64,000 bases of DNA, taken from Elusimicrobiota bacterium (lineage in GTDB: Bacteria > Elusimicrobiota > Elusimicrobia > F11). Positions 19,456 through 29,100 of the stretch are shown piece by piece. The stretch is taken from positions 224,001 through 288,000 of the forward strand of contig JBGAON010000002.1 of assembly GCA_044221725.1 (NCBI GenBank). Reading direction: 5' to 3'. Positions within the stretch are counted from its first letter, which is position 1. Every line of letters starts with the position of its first letter. Under the pieces are notes generated by a model. That model worked only from the letters and a program-made list of their open reading frames with translations. It was not told the DNA's origin and did no database searches. Made by a program: the position numbers and the translations under genes.

Positions 19456-20423
19456 AAGCGATTGTGACCGGTGCGGCCGGTTTCATTGGAAGCAATGTGG
19501 TTGACCGCTTGCTCGCGGACGGAGCGACCGTTATTGGCGTCGACAATTTGGCAACGGGCCGAAAACGGTTTCTTGAGCGCGCACTGAAAAACTCGAAGTT
19601 CCATTTTGAGAGGCGGGACCTGTCGGAGCGAACGGCTTTGGATGGTCTTTTAAACAAAGATACCAACTGGGTTTTTCATTTTGCGGCCAATGCGGACGTT
19701 CGTGACGGGTTGCTTCATCCGGAAAAAGACGTTCAGCAAAATATTTTGGTGACCTGGAATATCCTGGAAGCCATGCGGAAGGCCGATGTGCACCGAATTG
19801 TATTCAGTTCCACCGGAAGTATTTATGGCGAGGCGCCGGTGATTCCCACTCCGGAGGATTGCCCGTTTCCGGTTCAAACGTCGCTTTACGGAGCGTCCAA
19901 GCTTGCGGCCGAAGGACTGTTGTCGGCGTATGCGGAGGGCTACGGTTTTAAAGCACGCATTTTCCGTTTTGTTTCGATTTTGGGACCGCGTTACACGCAT
20001 GGACATGTTTTCGATTTCGTTCGGCAATTGAAACAGAATCCCAAAAAACTAAAAATTCTCGGCGATGGAAAACAAAAGAAATCGTATCTCGGTGTGGACG
20101 ATTGCATCGAAGCCATCCTCACAGCCATTCGTCACGATACCTCGGCAAAAATTGCGATTTATAATCTCGGTGCGGACGAATTCGTAACCGTCGACCAATC
20201 CATTGATGTCATCACCAAAGAATTGAACCTCCAGCCCGAAAGAATTTACGCGGGAGGAGATCGCGGTTGGGTGGGCGACAATCCTTTCATTTTTTTGAAA
20301 ACAGACAAGATACGAGCCCTGGGCTGGTCCAATAAATCGGATATTCGCGCCTGTGTCTCGCAGACGGTTCGTTTCTTGTTAGAAAACCCTTGGGTCTACG
20401 AAAAGGAGGCTGTTTCCCAATGA
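19452..20423 (+). CDS. NAD-dependent nucleotide-sugar epimerase (GalE/LmbM-like)
   Basis: TGAAGFIG, HFAANAD, SSTGSIYG, YGASK. Confidence 0.9.
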   Translation: MKAIVTGAAGFIGSNVVDRLLADGATVIGVDNLATGRKRFLERALKNSKFHFERRDLSERTALDGLLNKDTNWVFHFAANADVRDGLLHPEKDVQQNILVTWNILEAMRKADVHRIVFSSTGSIYGEAPVIPTPEDCPFPVQTSLYGASKLAAEGLLSAYAEGYGFKARIFRFVSILGPRYTHGHVFDFVRQLKQNPKKLKILGDGKQKKSYLGVDDCIEAILTAIRHDTSAKIAIYNLGADEFVTVDQSIDVITKELNLQPERIYAGGDRGWVGDNPFIFLKTDKIRALGWSNKSDIRACVSQTVRFLLENPWVYEKEAVSQ

Positions 20424-21403
20424 TCATCACGCGAACGCCGCTTCGAATCAGTCTCGGCGGTGGAGGAACCGATCTCCCTTCTTATTATTCCCGTTTCGGC
20501 GGCTTCGTAATTTCCGCGGCCATTGATTGTTACGTTTACATTACGCTGTACCGAATTTTTCCGAAGAAGTACATCGTTAAATATTCGACGCTCGAAACGG
20601 TCGATGAAATAAGCCAAATCCAACATCCAATTGTGCGCGAGGCTTTTAAGATGCACGGCATCGATCCGTATATCGAAATGGTGAGCATTGCCGACATTCC
20701 CGCTGGCACCGGGCTCGGTTCGTCGGGTGCGTTTAATGTCGGGTTGCTTCGTGCGATTCATGCTTTCAAGAAACATCACGTGTCGCCACAAGAATTGGCC
20801 GAACAGGCCTGTCGCATTGAGATCGATTTGCTGAAGGAGCCCGTCGGAAAACAGGACCAGTACATATCGGCGTTTGGCGGCGTCATCTGCATGGACATAA
20901 GTTCCTCGGGCGACGTGAACGTGACGCCATTAAAAATACCTGCCGAAACGTTGAACGATCTCGAGGATCATCTGCTCATGTTTTTCACGGGCTACTCGCG
21001 CAACGCGAGCGATGTGCTGAAGGATCAAAAAGTACGAACCGAAAGTGATGATAAGGCAATGATTGAAAATCTCCATTTCATCAAGGAGCTGGGGCATTCC
21101 ATTAAAACCTCTTTGGAAAACGGTCAGCCGGAGAAATTTGCGAGTTTGATGCACGAACACTGGTTGCACAAGAAAAAGCGTTCGGCCACGATTAGCAACG
21201 ACAACATTTCCCGTTGGTACGATCTTGCGCGCGAAAATGGCGCGCTCGGGGGAAAATTGATCGGCGCCGGCGGAGGCGGCTTTCTTATGTTTTACGCGAA
21301 GGATGCAGAACGCCTTCGAAAAGCAATGGCGAAAGAAGGGCTTACCGAGGTGCGATTTGGTTTTGACCACGAAGGCGCCAAAGTAATGGTGATGGGCGGG
21401 TGA
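20420..21403 (+). CDS. hddA: GHMP-family sugar-phosphate 1-kinase (HddA/LmbP-like)
   Basis: RTPLRISLGGGGTD, PAGTGLGSS, GKQDQY, GGKLIGAGGGGF. Confidence 0.9.
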   Translation: MIITRTPLRISLGGGGTDLPSYYSRFGGFVISAAIDCYVYITLYRIFPKKYIVKYSTLETVDEISQIQHPIVREAFKMHGIDPYIEMVSIADIPAGTGLGSSGAFNVGLLRAIHAFKKHHVSPQELAEQACRIEIDLLKEPVGKQDQYISAFGGVICMDISSSGDVNVTPLKIPAETLNDLEDHLLMFFTGYSRNASDVLKDQKVRTESDDKAMIENLHFIKELGHSIKTSLENGQPEKFASLMHEHWLHKKKRSATISNDNISRWYDLARENGALGGKLIGAGGGGFLMFYAKDAERLRKAMAKEGLTEVRFGFDHEGAKVMVMGG

Positions 21404-22395
21404 TTCGCGTCGGGCTCATTGGGGCCGGCCTGATTGGCGCAAAACGCGCGCAGCATATGGGCGACGCCAAACTTGTTGCTGTGCATGACAAGGATGTTTC
21501 TCGGTCTCGCGCGTTAGCGAAAAATTACGGAGCGCAGGTCGAGGAGAATTGGAAAACCCTGGTCGGCCGTTCGGACATTGACGCGATCGTTGTCGCAACG
21601 TCGCACGATGGTTTGGCGTCGTGTTCAGTCGCGGCGCTTAAATCCGGCAAGCATGTGCTCGTGGAAAAGCCCGGTGGACGAAACCCACAAGAGATCAAGT
21701 TGCAAATCCAAGCCGCTCGCGCGGCGCGCAAGGTTCTTCGCGTCGGTTTTAATCATCGCTTTCATCCCGGGTTGAAAAAAGCCGCCGAACTGGTCGCGTC
21801 AAAAGAGTTTGGGTCTCTTTTGTTTATTCGGGCGCGCTACGGCCATGGAGGCCGCGTCGGATATGAAAAAGAGTGGAGAGCGAACCCAAAAATCAGCGGG
21901 GGCGGCGAATTGTTGGATCAAGGCGTGCATTTGATCGATCTCACGCAGTGGATCGGCGGCACGTTCAATCCCGCGTGGTCCATGACGAACACATTTTTCT
22001 GGCCCATGAAGGTTGAAGATTATGGCTTCGTCGCGCTCAAATCGGCGGATTCCAAGCGCTGGGCTTGGTTGCACGCGAGTTGGGTGGAGTGGAAAAATGT
22101 TTTCCACTTTGAAATTTTCTGTGAACGCGCGAAGTTCGAAATCAGCGGATTGGGGGGAAGCTATGGTCCCGAAGAACTGAAATGTTTCCGAATGAAACCG
22201 GAGATGGGACCTCCGGAGGTCGATGTGTTTTCGTTTCCGAGCGAAGACGTTTCGTGGAAAAACGAATGGGAAGACTTTGAGAGAGCGATTCACGGGAAAC
22301 CGGAAACCATGGGCGCGCGCGGAGAAGATGCATTAAGAACCATGAACATTGTGCACTGGGTGTATGCGCAAAAAAAGAAAGCGCGTCGACGCTGA
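21400..22395 (+). CDS. Gfo/Idh/MocA oxidoreductase (LmbZ-like)
   Basis: IGAGLIG, GKHVLVEKP, VGFNHRF, GGGELLDQGVH. Confidence 0.9.
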   Translation: MIRVGLIGAGLIGAKRAQHMGDAKLVAVHDKDVSRSRALAKNYGAQVEENWKTLVGRSDIDAIVVATSHDGLASCSVAALKSGKHVLVEKPGGRNPQEIKLQIQAARAARKVLRVGFNHRFHPGLKKAAELVASKEFGSLLFIRARYGHGGRVGYEKEWRANPKISGGGELLDQGVHLIDLTQWIGGTFNPAWSMTNTFFWPMKVEDYGFVALKSADSKRWAWLHASWVEWKNVFHFEIFCERAKFEISGLGGSYGPEELKCFRMKPEMGPPEVDVFSFPSEDVSWKNEWEDFERAIHGKPETMGARGEDALRTMNIVHWVYAQKKKARRR

Positions 22396-23119
22396 AAATT
22401 TCCCGGTCGTGATATTGGCCGGTGGGCTGGGCACACGGCTTGGCTCGCTCACCGCGGGTCGCCCCAAAGCGCTTGTGCCGGTGGCCGGAAAGCCATTCTT
22501 GTTTCATCAACTTGAGTTGTTGCGAAGAAAAGGTTTGTCCCACGTGATTCTTTCTGTTGGTTACAAAGCGGCATTGATCAAACGAGCGGTCAAAGCGGCG
22601 AAAATTTCGGGAATGCGCATTGAATTCGTTGAGGACGGTCCGGTGCCTCTCGGAACGGGCGGCGCTGTCCGAAAAGCGGCCCAGTTGGTGGACGGTCCTT
22701 TCTTCGTTCTTTATGGCGATTCGTATCTAGAAATCAATTATCTTGCTGTCGCGCAGGCTTATAAAAAATCTGGAAAAAAGGGGTTAATGACGGTATATAG
22801 GAATAATAATCGACTTGATAAAAGCAACTTGATTTTTCGACGTGGTTTGATAAAGCGCTATTCAAAGAACGAGGTAACGCCGCAAATGAGGCACATTGAC
22901 TACGGACTGACCATTATTAATAAGGAGCAACTGAAATCCTTCCCCGCCCACCGAAAATTCGATTTAAGCGCGATTTTCCAAAAACTCATTAAAAAAAACG
23001 AAATGGCCGCGGTCGAAGTGAAAAAGCGATTCTACGAAGTCGGTTCTCCGTCCGGAATTCAAGCGCTCGAAGTGCACCTTGCGAGGAAACGACGATGTCC
23101 TATTCCGAAGATTTCTTAA
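22364..23119 (+). CDS. Sugar-1-phosphate nucleotidyltransferase (HddC/LmbO-like)
   Basis: ILAGGLGTRL, PKAL, LGTGGA, VLYGDS; start uncertain. Confidence 0.85.
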   Translation: MRKKRKRVDAENFPVVILAGGLGTRLGSLTAGRPKALVPVAGKPFLFHQLELLRRKGLSHVILSVGYKAALIKRAVKAAKISGMRIEFVEDGPVPLGTGGAVRKAAQLVDGPFFVLYGDSYLEINYLAVAQAYKKSGKKGLMTVYRNNNRLDKSNLIFRRGLIKRYSKNEVTPQMRHIDYGLTIINKEQLKSFPAHRKFDLSAIFQKLIKKNEMAAVEVKKRFYEVGSPSGIQALEVHLARKRRCPIPKIS

Positions 23120-23694
23120 AGCTATCCGCCGACATCACGAGTCGGCTGGACGTTACGGTTCTTGAGAAGATGGTCACCGCACTTTTTGATTTGCGTGAAC
23201 GCGGTGGACGGTTGTTTGTTCTCGGTGTGGGAGGAAGCGCAGCAAACGCGTCGCACGCCGTAAACGATTTTCGCAAGATCGCCAACATTGAAACCTACAC
23301 GCCGACCGACAACGCAGCGGAACTGACCGCGCGAGTGAACGACGATGGGTGGGATTCGTGTTTCGCGAATTGGCTTAAAGTGAGCCGCTTTTCGAAGAAC
23401 GATATGTTGATGATTTTCTCTGTTGGCGGCGGCGACAAGAAAAGAAACGTTAGTCCGAATCTCATCGTTGCAATGGACATGGCGAAATCTCTCGGCGCTC
23501 CGATTTTATCGGTCGTCGGCCGTGATGGCGGATATGCCGCACAGGTTTCCACGCATTGCGTTGTTATTCCGCCGCTCAACGCGGAGATGGTGACGCCGCA
23601 GACCGAAGGCTTTCAAGCAATTGTTTGGCACTTGCTGGTGTCTCACCCGAAATTAAAGAGTGCTCCGATGAAATGGGAGTCCATCACGAAGTAA
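23095..23694 (+). CDS. gmhA: SIS-domain ketose-phosphate isomerase (GmhA-like)
   Basis: GVGGSAANASH, ELTARVND, VGRDGG, QTEGFQ. Confidence 0.82.
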   Translation: MSYSEDFLKLSADITSRLDVTVLEKMVTALFDLRERGGRLFVLGVGGSAANASHAVNDFRKIANIETYTPTDNAAELTARVNDDGWDSCFANWLKVSRFSKNDMLMIFSVGGGDKKRNVSPNLIVAMDMAKSLGAPILSVVGRDGGYAAQVSTHCVVIPPLNAEMVTPQTEGFQAIVWHLLVSHPKLKSAPMKWESITK

Positions 23695-23696
23695 TC

Positions 23697-24818
23697 ATGG
23701 TTGAGAATAATTCCACGTCCACATCCAATCTCGTCGTCCAGCCGGAGCGTTTGAGCAAAAAAATAAAGCGTCTCGTGAAAGGTCCTCGCCCGGTGTTCCG
23801 AACACTCTTTGGTTTGCGCGCGTTGCGAGAGGGCATCAAAGGGTATGTCAAAGGACGGCGTGGAGCGAAGGACCATTTGGCGGCCACAATTTCCTTTATC
23901 AGCGGCTCAAACACGGTGGCCGGACGCCCAATGAATATCACAATTGAACCAACGAGCGCCTGCAATCTTGCCTGCCCGATCTGTGAAACCGGAGACCGAC
24001 GACTCGAGCGTCCTATGAAGCACATGACGATGGACGATTTCAAAACGATCATCGACAAGATTGCTCCGCACACGAACACGTTGATGTTTTATTTCATGGG
24101 CGAGCCTTTTATTAATCAGGATTCTTACGCGATGCTGCGGTACGCCAAAGACAAAGGTATTCCATTTATCACAACCTGTACGAACGGCGATTTTGTGAAC
24201 GCCGAGAAGCTCATCGACAGCGGTATCGACGAAATTAGCTTTCAGATGGGTGGGCTAACGCAGGAAACCCACCAAACGTACAGAATCAACAGCAATCTTG
24301 AGCGCGTGATGAAAAATCTCCAAGAAACAATTCGCGTGCGAAACGAAAGAAAATCAAAACTAATCATTAAAAGCGGTTTGATCATCATGAAGCACAATGA
24401 GCACGAAGTGGTGCCGTTCTTAAAACAAATGAAGGACCTTGGCGTGGATCAACCGCACATTGTGGACACCGTCATTCGAACGTACGAGGAAGGCGTCAAA
24501 TATCTTCCGACCGATCAGAGTCACTGGAAATACGATCCCGAGGCGTTCAAACAAGGCGTCGTGAAACCACGGTTCTTACCGCCGAATGCGTGCCCATGGA
24601 TTTATTATTCGCTTTCGATTCACGTGAACGGAAACGTGGTTCCGTGTTGCTGGGATCCGACCGGCAAATACGTAATGGGAAATCTCGTCACGGAGTCGCT
24701 CGATGCTGTTTGGAATGGCCCCAAGTTTCGCGCGTTCCGCGATCAACTTCATAAGGATCAAGGACAGATTGAGATTTGTAAGTTGTGCTCGTCCTACCCT
24801 CACAGCCCCATCCGTTGA
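23697..24818 (+). CDS. Radical SAM protein with SPASM/twitch auxiliary cluster domain
   Basis: CNLACPIC, FMGEP, TNG, C-terminal CPW...GNVVPCC...CKLC. Confidence 0.9.
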   Translation: MVENNSTSTSNLVVQPERLSKKIKRLVKGPRPVFRTLFGLRALREGIKGYVKGRRGAKDHLAATISFISGSNTVAGRPMNITIEPTSACNLACPICETGDRRLERPMKHMTMDDFKTIIDKIAPHTNTLMFYFMGEPFINQDSYAMLRYAKDKGIPFITTCTNGDFVNAEKLIDSGIDEISFQMGGLTQETHQTYRINSNLERVMKNLQETIRVRNERKSKLIIKSGLIIMKHNEHEVVPFLKQMKDLGVDQPHIVDTVIRTYEEGVKYLPTDQSHWKYDPEAFKQGVVKPRFLPPNACPWIYYSLSIHVNGNVVPCCWDPTGKYVMGNLVTESLDAVWNGPKFRAFRDQLHKDQGQIEICKLCSSYPHSPIR

Positions 24819-24820
24819 CC

Positions 24821-25354
24821 ATGGCAATGGCCGTGTTTCTTGATCGAGATGGCGTGCTGAACGAAGCGATTGTGCGTGAAGGAAAACCTTTCGCCCCTCA
24901 GGCCATGGAAGATCTCAAGCTCGCGCCCGGCGCCGTCGATGCTTGCCATCAACTAAAGACCGCCGGATTTCTTCTCATTGGCGTCACGAACCAGCCGGAC
25001 GTGGTTCGCGGAACGACAAAAAAAGAATTGGTGGAAAGCATCAATGCGCACGTCTCCAAAGAACTTGGCTTGCACGATTTGCGGACGTGTTACCACGACA
25101 ACGCCGACAATTGTTTGTGTCGCAAGCCAAAGCCCGGCATGATTTTGGACGCTGCAAAGCAATGGAAGATAGATTTGTCCCGCAGCTACATGGTCGGTGA
25201 TCGTTCAGGGGATATTGAAGCCGGGCGACGGGCCGGCGTTACCACCATTTTTATCGAACACCACTATAGTGAGGAGTTGAAACTCAAGCCGGATTTTGTG
25301 ACGGCATCTCTTAAGGAGGCGAGTCTATGGATCCTAAAAAACTCGAGGCAGTAA
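24821..25354 (+). CDS. gmhB: HAD-IIIA sugar bisphosphate phosphatase (GmhB/LmbK-like)
   Basis: FLDRDGV, VTNQ, CYH...CLCRKPKPGM, MVGDRSGD. Confidence 0.9.
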   Translation: MAMAVFLDRDGVLNEAIVREGKPFAPQAMEDLKLAPGAVDACHQLKTAGFLLIGVTNQPDVVRGTTKKELVESINAHVSKELGLHDLRTCYHDNADNCLCRKPKPGMILDAAKQWKIDLSRSYMVGDRSGDIEAGRRAGVTTIFIEHHYSEELKLKPDFVTASLKEASLWILKNSRQ

Positions 25355-26067
25355 AAGATCCGCAGAAACTTAAGATCAAGATTTTTGCTGATGGGGCCAA
25401 CAAAGAGGGAATGTTGGCCATGTACGCGCGGCCTTACATCAAAGGCTTCACGACCAATCCCACTCTGATGCGCAAAGCCGGCATTTCCGATTACAAAGCT
25501 TTTGCGCAGGACGTTCTAAAGAGCATCAAAGATCGCCCAATTTCATTTGAAGTGTTCTCCGATGACCTGGAAGAAATGGAGCGTCAAGCGGTAGAGATTG
25601 CGTCGTGGGGCACGAACGTGTACGTAAAGATTCCGGTGACGAACACAAAGGGAACATTTTGCGGCGATGTCATTCGCGCGCTAGCGAATAAGAAAGTGAA
25701 GATGAACGTCACCGCGGTCATGACATTGGAGCAAATCAAGCAAATCGTTCCTTGCATGAACAACGGCGTGCCGGGCGTTATCTCGGTTTTTGCCGGACGC
25801 GTGGCGGACACAGGAAGAGACCCGGTCCCTCATATGCAGCAGGCGCTTACTATCCTGAAGCCGTTTCCGAATTTGGAGTTGCTGTGGGCGAGCCCGCGCG
25901 AGTTGCTTAACATTTTTCAGGCCGACGAGATAGGGTGTCACATCATCACCGTCACAAACGACATTCTCGAAAAGCTGTCGCTTTTGAACAAAGATCTTTC
26001 GCATTATTCTCTCGAAACCGTTCAAATGTTTTACAACGACGCTCAAAAATCCGGATTTTCCTTGTAA
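25327..26067 (+). CDS. tal: Transaldolase (short type; LmbR-like)
   Basis: IFADGA, GFTTNPTL, VYVKIP, NVTA, SVFAGR, LLWASPRE. Confidence 0.9.
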   Translation: MDPKKLEAVKDPQKLKIKIFADGANKEGMLAMYARPYIKGFTTNPTLMRKAGISDYKAFAQDVLKSIKDRPISFEVFSDDLEEMERQAVEIASWGTNVYVKIPVTNTKGTFCGDVIRALANKKVKMNVTAVMTLEQIKQIVPCMNNGVPGVISVFAGRVADTGRDPVPHMQQALTILKPFPNLELLWASPRELLNIFQADEIGCHIITVTNDILEKLSLLNKDLSHYSLETVQMFYNDAQKSGFSL

Positions 26068-26073
26068 GACCCA

Positions 26074-26805
26074 TTGACCAAACTTTCGATCATTATTCCA
26101 GCCTTTAACGAAAGGCCTACCGTTGAGCAGCTTCTAAAAGAAGTGATTGCTGTTGATCTCGCACCGCTCGGCGTCGAAAAAGAAATTATCGTTGTCGAAA
26201 GTGGATCGACCGATGGCACGCGCGAGGTGGTCAAAGATTTTGAAAGCAAAGGGCTCGTAAAGGCCATTTACCAACCGAAACCCCGCGGCAAAGGAAATGC
26301 GGTGCGCGCCGCCTTCGCGACGCTTACGGGGGATATCGTTCTCATTCAAGACGCCGACCTTGAATACCGCGTGTCGGAATATCCGGATTTGTTGAAACCG
26401 CTTTTGTCGGGGCAAACCGATTTTGTTTTGGGATCGCGTCACCTCGGGAAAGGCGATTGGCATTTTCGGAAATTCGTGCACGGAAAATTGTCCGCGGCCT
26501 TTATGAATTTTGGGAACAAATTGTGCAACACGCTCTTCAATATTCTGTACGGCGTTGATTTAACGGACCCCACAACGATGTTTAAGGTGTTTCGCGCGTC
26601 GTGTATCCGCGGAGTCACGTTTCGTTCGGATTACTTCGAGTTGGATTTGGAGATCGTGGGAAAACTGATTCGTCGGAAATATTTCCCGATCGAGATTCCG
26701 ATCAGTTACGTGTCGCGAGGGTTTGATGAAGGGAAGAAAATTCGGATTTCGCGTGATGGTTTCCTGGTCATCTACGCGATGTTTCGGTTTCGGTGGTTTG
26801 ATTGA
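26074..26805 (+). CDS. GT2, polyprenol-phosphate glycosyltransferase (DPM-synthase-like)
   Basis: IIPAFNE, SGSTDG, IQDADLEY, GSR, EGKKI. Confidence 0.88.
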   Translation: MTKLSIIIPAFNERPTVEQLLKEVIAVDLAPLGVEKEIIVVESGSTDGTREVVKDFESKGLVKAIYQPKPRGKGNAVRAAFATLTGDIVLIQDADLEYRVSEYPDLLKPLLSGQTDFVLGSRHLGKGDWHFRKFVHGKLSAAFMNFGNKLCNTLFNILYGVDLTDPTTMFKVFRASCIRGVTFRSDYFELDLEIVGKLIRRKYFPIEIPISYVSRGFDEGKKIRISRDGFLVIYAMFRFRWFD

Positions 26806-27947
26806 AAGTTCTTATGCTGATTTCGCGTTTCCATCCGCACGTCGGAGGAACCGAAAGCCAAGCGCTCCGCTTGTCGAAAGAGCTTGTCCGCCAGGGTGTC
26901 GCAGTTCAGGTGTTAACCCATCGGCACAGTTTTTCTCATCCGACATACGAACGCATCGGAGGCGTCGAGGTTGTTCGTGTGGGGTGGCCGGTCGGTTCGT
27001 TCATCGGATCATTTAGTTACCTTTTTCATGGCCTCTATTGGATCTGGCGACAAAATCCGAAGCCGGATATTTTTCACGCTCACATGTTGGCGGTTCCAGC
27101 GGTATTGGCGTGTCTTGCGCGGCAGTTGTTTGGCGTGAAGGTCATCGTGAAGATCGCATGCTCCGGGTCGCTGGGGGACATTGCTTCGGCCAAAAGGGAT
27201 GCGGTGGGGCGCGCGAAGCTCGCTTATGTGCGCCGCGTTGCGTCGACATTCATTAGTCTTTCAAAGGAAGTGCAGACGGAGCTGGTGAGCGAAGGGATTC
27301 CGCTCGAGAAAATTGCCTCCATTCCAAACGGCGTGGATACCGAGGAATTTCACGCGCTGATAGACGCGAGCGAGAAAGTCAGCGTGCAACAGTCCCTCGG
27401 TTTGTCGCCGGCGCGTTGGATTATGTTTTCGGGACGTCTGACCGCTCAGAAGAAACCGATTCCGATTTTGCGCGCATTTTCTGCGATTGCGGAAGAATTT
27501 CCTGACGCGCGATTGATTTATATTGGGGAAGGCGATCAAGCACCGCAGTTAAAAAAGGCCATTTCGGAAAGTCCGTATCAAAACCGTGTTGTTGTTAAAT
27601 CGGTGGCAAGCGACGTGCAGCGGTATTACGAAGCTTCCGATATCTTTTTGCTTCCATCAGAAGCGGAGGGTATGTCGAACAGTTTGCTTGAGGCAATGGC
27701 CTGCGGACTGGTGTGTGTCACGACACCGGTGGGCGCGAACATAGAACTCATCGAGAATCACGGAAATGGATTGCTCGTCGATTCGTCGGATCTTGCAAAA
27801 GGGCTTAGAGAAGCGCTGGCGAATCCCGCGGAGGGCCGGCAGCTCGGTGAAGCGGCTCGCGAAACCGTGCGATCCCGTTACGAATTGCGGCAGGTTGCCA
27901 GTCGGTATCGCGATCTTTATCGCGAGCTGCAATCGTCAAAAAACTGA
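26802..27947 (+). CDS. Glycosyltransferase family 4
   Basis: GGTE, IPNGVD, GRL, EGMSNSLLEAMACG (EX7E). Confidence 0.92.
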   Translation: MKVLMLISRFHPHVGGTESQALRLSKELVRQGVAVQVLTHRHSFSHPTYERIGGVEVVRVGWPVGSFIGSFSYLFHGLYWIWRQNPKPDIFHAHMLAVPAVLACLARQLFGVKVIVKIACSGSLGDIASAKRDAVGRAKLAYVRRVASTFISLSKEVQTELVSEGIPLEKIASIPNGVDTEEFHALIDASEKVSVQQSLGLSPARWIMFSGRLTAQKKPIPILRAFSAIAEEFPDARLIYIGEGDQAPQLKKAISESPYQNRVVVKSVASDVQRYYEASDIFLLPSEAEGMSNSLLEAMACGLVCVTTPVGANIELIENHGNGLLVDSSDLAKGLREALANPAEGRQLGEAARETVRSRYELRQVASRYRDLYRELQSSKN

Positions 27948-27957
27948 CGTCGATGCT

Positions 27958-27986
27958 TTGCAATAAAAACGTTGTTAGGATATTCT
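27958..27986 (+). promoter_or_regulatory. Putative sigma70 promoter
   Basis: TTGCAA (27958-27963), 17-nt spacer, TATTCT (27981-27986), in a 78-bp AT-rich gap upstream of ATG 28026. Confidence 0.55.
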
Positions 27987-28025
27987 CTCTGAGGTCCAGA
28001 ACGAGAGAAAAGGAAAAGAAATTTA

Positions 28026-29087
28026 ATGGATGAGTTGCTAAAAAGACACGAAGCGATTCCCGGTCAGGTTTTGCACCACGGTGAAACCGATCCGAACCTT
28101 TATATTTATAACGCTCACCTCGAAAAAGGCGATACGGAAAAGGCAGCAAAGTTTCTTGAATATCGAAAGAAATGGGAAAAGGCTCGAACCTCTGATGAAT
28201 TGTCGCCCCACCCGCTTGAAGTCGCGTTCGCTTTTCAAAACTCCTGCAATTTGGCGTGCCCGCATTGCTACCGGCAATTCAACGAAACGAAAGATCCGCG
28301 CAATTCTTTGCAATACGACGAAATAATTCGGCTCATCGATGAATGCAAGGAAATCGGCGTTCATTCCATCCAGCTCGGCGCCGGCATCGAAAGCTTTCAG
28401 TACCCGAAAATAAACGACATCATTAAATATATTGGCGCGAAAGGTTTTGAAGATTTTTAGGTGTCGACCAACGGTCAGTTGATGGACGAAGAGAAGAGCA
28501 AGTTGTTGCTCGATTCGAATGTTACGCGTATCCCGGTATCGATGGATGCCATCTCACCACAAACCTATGCGAAATCGCGCGGCGGCAGTTATTACAGGCT
28601 CATGAAAAATATTTTCCAATTCTTGGAACTGCGCGAGAAGCGGAATCAAAAGTTGCCGATTCTGCGCGTATCTTTTGTTCGGTACAACTTGACCGAGCAC
28701 GAGACCGAAGACTTTATTCGCTTTTGGAAAAAAATTGCGAACGAGGTGGACGTTCAGCCTTTGATCGATGTACGCAATGTGAACGAGCTCCGCTACGACA
28801 CGATCGAACCAGAAAAAATTAGCTGCCGATATCCAACGAACATGATGTGGATTGATTGGAATGGCGACTATCGCCCATGCTGCACCGATTTCTCGAAGCT
28901 CGTTAAAGTGGGAAACGTGAAAGATGGCGGTATATTAAAAGCCTGGCACGGTGAAAATATTAATGATCTCCGTGCGCAGTTGAGTCGAAAAAAGAAACTG
29001 AACCGCGCCTGCGTGAACTGTTTGCGTTCGATGAACAGTTCCGAAACCTACGAGCCGTTAACCAAAGGACGCAAAAAGTCTGCTTAA
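28026..29087 (+). pseudogene. Radical SAM/twitch protein interrupted by one in-frame TAG (28458-28460); nonsense allele, base-call error or read-through
   Basis: CNLACPHC lies before the stop; STNG and C..PCC..CVNC lie after it in the same frame (GFEDF*VSTNG). Confidence 0.8.
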
Positions 29088-29100
29088 TATCAAGAATGAT

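Noticed and set aside
17277..26067. A true lincosamide antibiotic gene cluster
   Set aside because: No amino-acid/propylproline, condensation, thiol-transfer or resistance genes in the window; the context is surface-glycan transferases and flippases
28458..28460. Genome-wide TAG recoding or TadA-type A-to-I editing of the stop
   Set aside because: TAG ends several complete genes at their expected C-termini, and the context lacks the TACG motif used by TadA
28461..29087. Independent 208-aa gene starting at GTG
   Set aside because: It starts mid-domain at STNG, immediately after the in-frame TAG; it is the C-terminal part of the 28026 gene
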